A stretch of 32,000 nt of DNA from Phycisphaera mikurensis NBRC 102666 (GTDB lineage: Bacteria; Planctomycetota; Phycisphaerae; Phycisphaerales; Phycisphaeraceae): NCBI RefSeq assembly GCF_000284115.1, contig NC_017080.1, forward strand, positions 960,001 to 992,000. The letters run 5' to 3'. Shown piece by piece: positions 27,063 to 32,000 of this stretch. The notes under the pieces were generated by a model that was not told the DNA's origin, searched no databases, and was given only the letters and a program-made list of their open reading frames with translations. The position numbers and the translations under genes were made by a program. Every line of letters begins with the position of its first letter. The first letter of the stretch is position 1.

Positions 27063-27761
27063 GTGCAGGACCTGATCGTCACCCTCGACGGCCCCGCGGG
27101 GTCGGGCAAATCCACCGTGGCCCGCGTGCTCGCCCAGCGGTTGGGGCTGGAGTTCCTCGACACCGGGGCCATGTACCGCGGCATCACCGCGATGGCGATC
27201 GCCCGCGGCGTGGACGTCCACACCGAGACGCACCTCGTGAACGAGCTGGTGCGGCACTGCGAGATCGGCTTCGATTGGGCGACCGATCCGCCCCGCCTGC
27301 ACGTCCGGGGCCAGGACCTCACCGGCCGGCTGCGCGACGACGACGTCACCGGCGGCGTCTCCGCGGTCGCGCGGCTGCCCGCCGTGCGGGAGGTGATGGT
27401 GCGGGAGCAGCAACGCATCGGCCGCGAGCACCCGCGGCTGGTCACCGAGGGACGGGACCAGGGCTCGGTCGTCTTCCCGGGAGCCGCCGCGAAGTTCTTC
27501 CTGGAGGCCAGCCCCGCGGTCCGGGCGCAGCGCCGGGCCGACCAGATGCGGGCGGCCGGCCGGCGGGTCGACGTGGAGCGGATCCGCGAGCAGATCACGG
27601 CCCGCGACGCCGCCGACGCGTCGCGCAGCGTCGCCCCGCTGATCTGCCCGGAGGACGCGGAGCGCATCGACACGAGCGAGATGCAGCTCGACGAGGTGCT
27701 CGACCTGCTCACGGCGCGCGTCCGGGCGTTGCCCGGCGGTGGTCCCCGCGCCACCTCCTGA
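27063..27761 (+). CDS. cmk: Cytidylate kinase
   Basis: GTG start; DLIVTLDGPAGSGKSTVARVLAQRLGLEFLDTGAMYRGITAMA...VTEGRDQGSVVFPGAAAKFFLEASPAVRAQRR. Confidence 0.94.
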   Translation: MQDLIVTLDGPAGSGKSTVARVLAQRLGLEFLDTGAMYRGITAMAIARGVDVHTETHLVNELVRHCEIGFDWATDPPRLHVRGQDLTGRLRDDDVTGGVSAVARLPAVREVMVREQQRIGREHPRLVTEGRDQGSVVFPGAAAKFFLEASPAVRAQRRADQMRAAGRRVDVERIREQITARDAADASRSVAPLICPEDAERIDTSEMQLDEVLDLLTARVRALPGGGPRATS

Positions 27762-27790
27762 ACGGCGGCCGGGGATCGTCGGCGGGCCCC

Positions 27791-28621
27791 TCAGCTCGCC
27801 GAGACGAAGCGCCCGCAGATGCGGTCCAGATAATCGTCCTGGTCCTCCGCCCAGTGCTCGGTCGAGAAGATCTCGACTTCGCCGAGCCCGGCGAACCCGG
27901 CCCGCTCCACCATCTTGCGGATGCCCGCGACGTCGATGCAGCCGTCGCCCATCAGGGCCCGGTCCAGCAGCAGGTCCCGCGTCGGCACCCGCCAATCGCA
28001 GACGTGGAAACCGAAGAGCCGGCTCTCCTCACCCAGCGCGGCGATCTGGGCCTCCAGGTCCGGATCCCACCACACGTGGTAGACGTCGACGGCGACGCCG
28101 ACGATCGGGTGATCGACCTCGTCGCAGACGGCGCGGGCGGAGGCGATGGTGTTGATGCAGCTCTTGTCGGCCGCGTACATCGGGTGCAGCGGCTCGATCG
28201 CGAGCTTCACGCCCACGGCCTCCGCGTGCTCGACGCAGGCGGCGATGCCCTCGGCCACCTGCACGCGGGCGGCGTTCAGCGGCACGCTCGGCACCGCGCC
28301 GACGACGAGCACGACCTGCTCCGCCCCGAGCGCCGCCGCCTCGTCGAGCATCGACTTGTTGTGGTCGACCGCGACCCGCCGCTCGCCCGCGTCCGCCGCC
28401 GGGAAGAACCCGCCCCGGACGTAGGCCGGCACCGCCAGGCCCGAGCTCTTCACGATCTTCACCGCCTCCTCCAGCCCCACCCCGCCCTCGTCCGGCGCGA
28501 CTTTGTCGCGCCAGATCGACACCCCCGCGACACCGGCCGCCGCCAGCTTCGAGCAGGTCGTCGCCAGGTCCCACGGCTTCAGCGTGGCGGTGTGGACGGC
28601 ACAGGAGGAGAGCTCAGGCAT
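27791..28621 (-). CDS. Sugar phosphate isomerase/epimerase (xylose isomerase-like TIM barrel)
   Basis: GVAGVSIWRDKVAPDEG...VKLAIEPLHPMYAADKSCINTIASARAVCDEVDHPIVGVAVDVYHVWWDPDL...GFHVCDWRVPTRDLLLDRALMGDGCIDV...GEVEIFS. Confidence 0.88.
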   Translation of the reverse strand: MPELSSCAVHTATLKPWDLATTCSKLAAAGVAGVSIWRDKVAPDEGGVGLEEAVKIVKSSGLAVPAYVRGGFFPAADAGERRVAVDHNKSMLDEAAALGAEQVVLVVGAVPSVPLNAARVQVAEGIAACVEHAEAVGVKLAIEPLHPMYAADKSCINTIASARAVCDEVDHPIVGVAVDVYHVWWDPDLEAQIAALGEESRLFGFHVCDWRVPTRDLLLDRALMGDGCIDVAGIRKMVERAGFAGLGEVEIFSTEHWAEDQDDYLDRICGRFVSAS

Positions 28622-28723
28622 GGCGGGATCGCGTGAGGCGGGGCGGCAAACGGCGCCGGGGCCCGGAGGGCTCCGGCGGTGGTGCGTCGAAGCTCGACGG
28701 ACCCACCGAGGAAGGCTCCGGCC

Positions 28724-28769
28724 CCGCGGACCGCGGCGGGACGCGGAGGAAAACGGCGGCGGTCCGCGG
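28724..28769. repeat. Dispersed 46-nt palindromic element, copy 4
   Basis: CCGCGGACCGC (28724-28734), 24-nt spacer, GCGGTCCGCGG (28759-28769), between two minus-strand genes. Confidence 0.85.
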
Positions 28770-28814
28770 TTCGACGCTGCCGCCTCCGGCGGCATGGCAG
28801 GTCGCCGACCTGCT

Positions 28815-30008
<1,194 letters not shown>

Positions 30009-30108
30009 GGCAAGCAGCCTAAAGCGCGTCGGGGGTGCGGCGATGGCGGCGGGGGACGGGGCGTGTTTGCGGATGTGGACGGGGGGGCAGCGGCCTGCGG
30101 CCGCTCAA

Positions 30109-30207
30109 GCGGGGAAGCGAAGAAGCGAGGAGGTCAGCACCGCACGCTGCGCGTCAAGGGGCGGGCGACGCAGCCGCCGCTTCTGCCTGACTTCTTCGCT
30201 TCCCCGC
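30109..30207. repeat. 17-nt inverted repeat GCGGGGAAGCGAAGAAG / CTTCTTCGCTTCCCCGC in purine/pyrimidine-biased DNA
   Basis: Exact arms at 30109-30125 and 30191-30207, followed by further CTTCTTCGC units. Confidence 0.8.
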
Positions 30208-30231
30208 TTCTTCGCTTCTTCGCTTGCCTTC

Positions 30232-31140
30232 TCACAGCGACCCCGGATCCTCCCGGAACCGCTTCGGTGGCATCCCCGCGCTCTCGCTGAACCACCGCGT
30301 GAACGCGGCTGGCCCGCTGAAGCCGAGTTTGTCGCCGACCTCGAAGACGCGGAGGGCGGGGTCGCGGAGGAGGTCTCTGGCGGCGGCGAGGCGGCGGGCG
30401 TCGGCGTAGGCGTGAGGGGTGCAGCCGATCCGCTCGGCGAAGCGGCGGGAGAAGTGGCGGGTGCTCAGGTGGCACGCGTTCGCGAGCTCGCTCAGCGAGG
30501 GGGGCGGGGCCATCGGCAGCGGGGGGGCGTGGAGCAGGCGGAGAGCGGGCGTCAGCCTCGGGTCCAGCGCCTCGAGGTTCGCCTCGCCGCGGTCGCGGGG
30601 GGCGGCGGCGTGGGGAGCGCCGAGGCGGGGCCACAGCGCGAGGATCTCGGCGAGGAGGGCGACCTCCTCGGCGGCGTCGGGCGGGGCGCCGCCGCCGCGG
30701 GTGAGGCGGCGGAACGGCGTGAGCAGGTCGCGGGCCGCGTCGATCCGCGGAGCGCACGGCCGCAGGTGGCCGCCGTCGAACAGCGGCCAACCGGCGGTGT
30801 CGTCGATCCGCAGCTTCACGTGGTGGACCGCCGCGGCGCCGGGCGTCGGATGCAGGTCGTAGCCGTGCGTCTCGCCGGGTCGGCTGAGCAGAGCGGTCAG
30901 CCCGGCGATCCCGCGCCAGGCCCCGCCGGTGTGGCACCTGCCGGCGCAGCCGTCGATCAGGTCGAGCTGCAGCAGGTCAGCGTGGGCGTGCGGGGCGATG
31001 GTGAAGCGGGCGGTGGGGTTGTGCTGGTAGGCGGTGTCCACGCGGCCGCGGCCCTCGGCCAGCCGGGCCACCGCCGCGAGCACCGCGGACACGGCCGGGT
31101 CGTCTCGCTTCGAGATGTCGGGTTCGGCGTCCGGAGCCAT
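30232..31140 (-). CDS. AraC-family transcriptional regulator
   Basis: Cupin-like N-terminus; C-terminal LSELANACHLSTRHFSRRFAERIGCTPHAYADARRLAAARDLLRDPALRVFEVGDKLGFSGPAAFTRWFSESAGMPPKRFRED. Confidence 0.93.
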   Translation of the reverse strand: MAPDAEPDISKRDDPAVSAVLAAVARLAEGRGRVDTAYQHNPTARFTIAPHAHADLLQLDLIDGCAGRCHTGGAWRGIAGLTALLSRPGETHGYDLHPTPGAAAVHHVKLRIDDTAGWPLFDGGHLRPCAPRIDAARDLLTPFRRLTRGGGAPPDAAEEVALLAEILALWPRLGAPHAAAPRDRGEANLEALDPRLTPALRLLHAPPLPMAPPPSLSELANACHLSTRHFSRRFAERIGCTPHAYADARRLAAARDLLRDPALRVFEVGDKLGFSGPAAFTRWFSESAGMPPKRFREDPGSL

Positions 31141-31347
31141 GTCGCAGCGGGTGAAAGAAGCGGGTGCCACGCCGCTTGCGGGGTGCGGTCGCCGCAGGCG
31201 ACGCGGTGGGGCGGGACGCTGCTCCCCCGCCGGCCTCCGGCCGCACACCCCGCGAGCGGCGTGGCACCCGGAAGGTTACCGGATCCGGACGCCGATCCGC
31301 CGTGCCGCGCGGTGGACCCGCCGCCGCGTCCGTGTCATCCTCCGTCC

Positions 31348-32000
31348 ATGATCGACGCCGACCAGAGCCTGCAGCCCGCCGACCTCCTCGACGCGCTCAC
31401 GCGGCACTGGGAGGCCTCCGCCACCGCGATCCGGAAGATCGACGACTCCTGCCCGCCCGGCTCGGCCTCGCCGGTCTTCACCGTCGGGGGCGCGTACCGG
31501 GCCCAGGGCTGGACCGAGTGGACGCAGGGCTTCCAGCACGGCGCCGCCTTCCTGCAGTTCGACGCGACCGGCGAAGCCTCCTTCCTGGAGCTCGGCCGCA
31601 AGCGGACCCTGGAGGTGATGGCCCCGCACCTCACGCACACCGGGGTGCACGACCACGGCTTCAACAACGTGAGCACCTACGGAAACCTCTGGCGGCTGGG
31701 CAACGAGGGGAAGATCGACCTCCCGGAGCACGAGCGCAACTACGCCGAGCTGGCGCTGAAGGTGACCGGCGCCGTGCAGGCCAGCCGATGGAAGCAGACC
31801 GCCGACGGCACCGGCTACGTCTACAGCTTCAACGGCCCGCAGTCGCTGTTCATCGACACGATCCGCACGATGCGGGCGCTGTCGCTCGCGCACCTGCTCG
31901 GCCACAGGCTCAGCCACGAGGGCGACGCCGTGGCGAACCTGCTCGACCGCTCGATCGAGCACGCGATCAACACCGCCCGGCACGTCATCTGGTACGGCGG
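31348..32000 (+). CDS. Partial glycoside hydrolase, GH88-like (unsaturated glucuronyl hydrolase type), continuing past the window
   Basis: ATG at 31348; GWTEWTQGFQHGAAFLQFDATGEASFLELGRK...HLTHTGVHDHGFNNVSTYGNLWRL...SFNGPQSLFIDTIRTMRAL. The assignment is from overall pattern only. Confidence 0.6.
   Translation, partial: MIDADQSLQPADLLDALTRHWEASATAIRKIDDSCPPGSASPVFTVGGAYRAQGWTEWTQGFQHGAAFLQFDATGEASFLELGRKRTLEVMAPHLTHTGVHDHGFNNVSTYGNLWRLGNEGKIDLPEHERNYAELALKVTGAVQASRWKQTADGTGYVYSFNGPQSLFIDTIRTMRALSLAHLLGHRLSHEGDAVANLLDRSIEHAINTARHVIWYG

Overview
This is a 32 kb, very GC-rich, ordinary chromosomal window that looks like a planctomycete, probably class Phycisphaerae. The lineage is inferred from gene content, a PEP-CTERM protein and GC content; no database search was run. 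The backbone is a scattered translation and transcription core: gltA; csrA; tRNA-Thr-tuf-rpmG-tRNA-Trp-secE-nusG; rplK-rplA-rplJ-rplL; rpmB; dnaG-rpoD; cmk. Interspersed are signalling genes (GGDEF protein, PilZ+J-domain fusion), metabolic genes (thiol peroxidase, Sua5/TsaC, M20 and M29 peptidases, Gfo/Idh oxidoreductase, sugar isomerase, AraC regulator, partial GH88-like hydrolase) and one PEP-CTERM trypsin-like protease. rpmG (59 aa) is missing from the supplied ORF track but is clearly present. The most interesting items are: (1) a MamK-like bacterial actin next to an uncharacterised protein with a GspF/PilC-like N-terminal segment and a Pro/Ala linker; (2) a dispersed 46-nt palindromic element (CCGCGGACCGC-N24-GCGGTCCGCGG) present four times with perfect 11-bp arms and exactly 24-nt spacers, one copy in frame inside dnaG; (3) a perfect extended -10 box between two identical 30-nt palindrome-bearing repeats upstream of gltA; (4) a PilZ+J-domain fusion; (5) candidate RNA regulatory structures at rplK/rplA, rpmB and dnaG. 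No CRISPR array, prophage, transposase or recognisable defence system was found.
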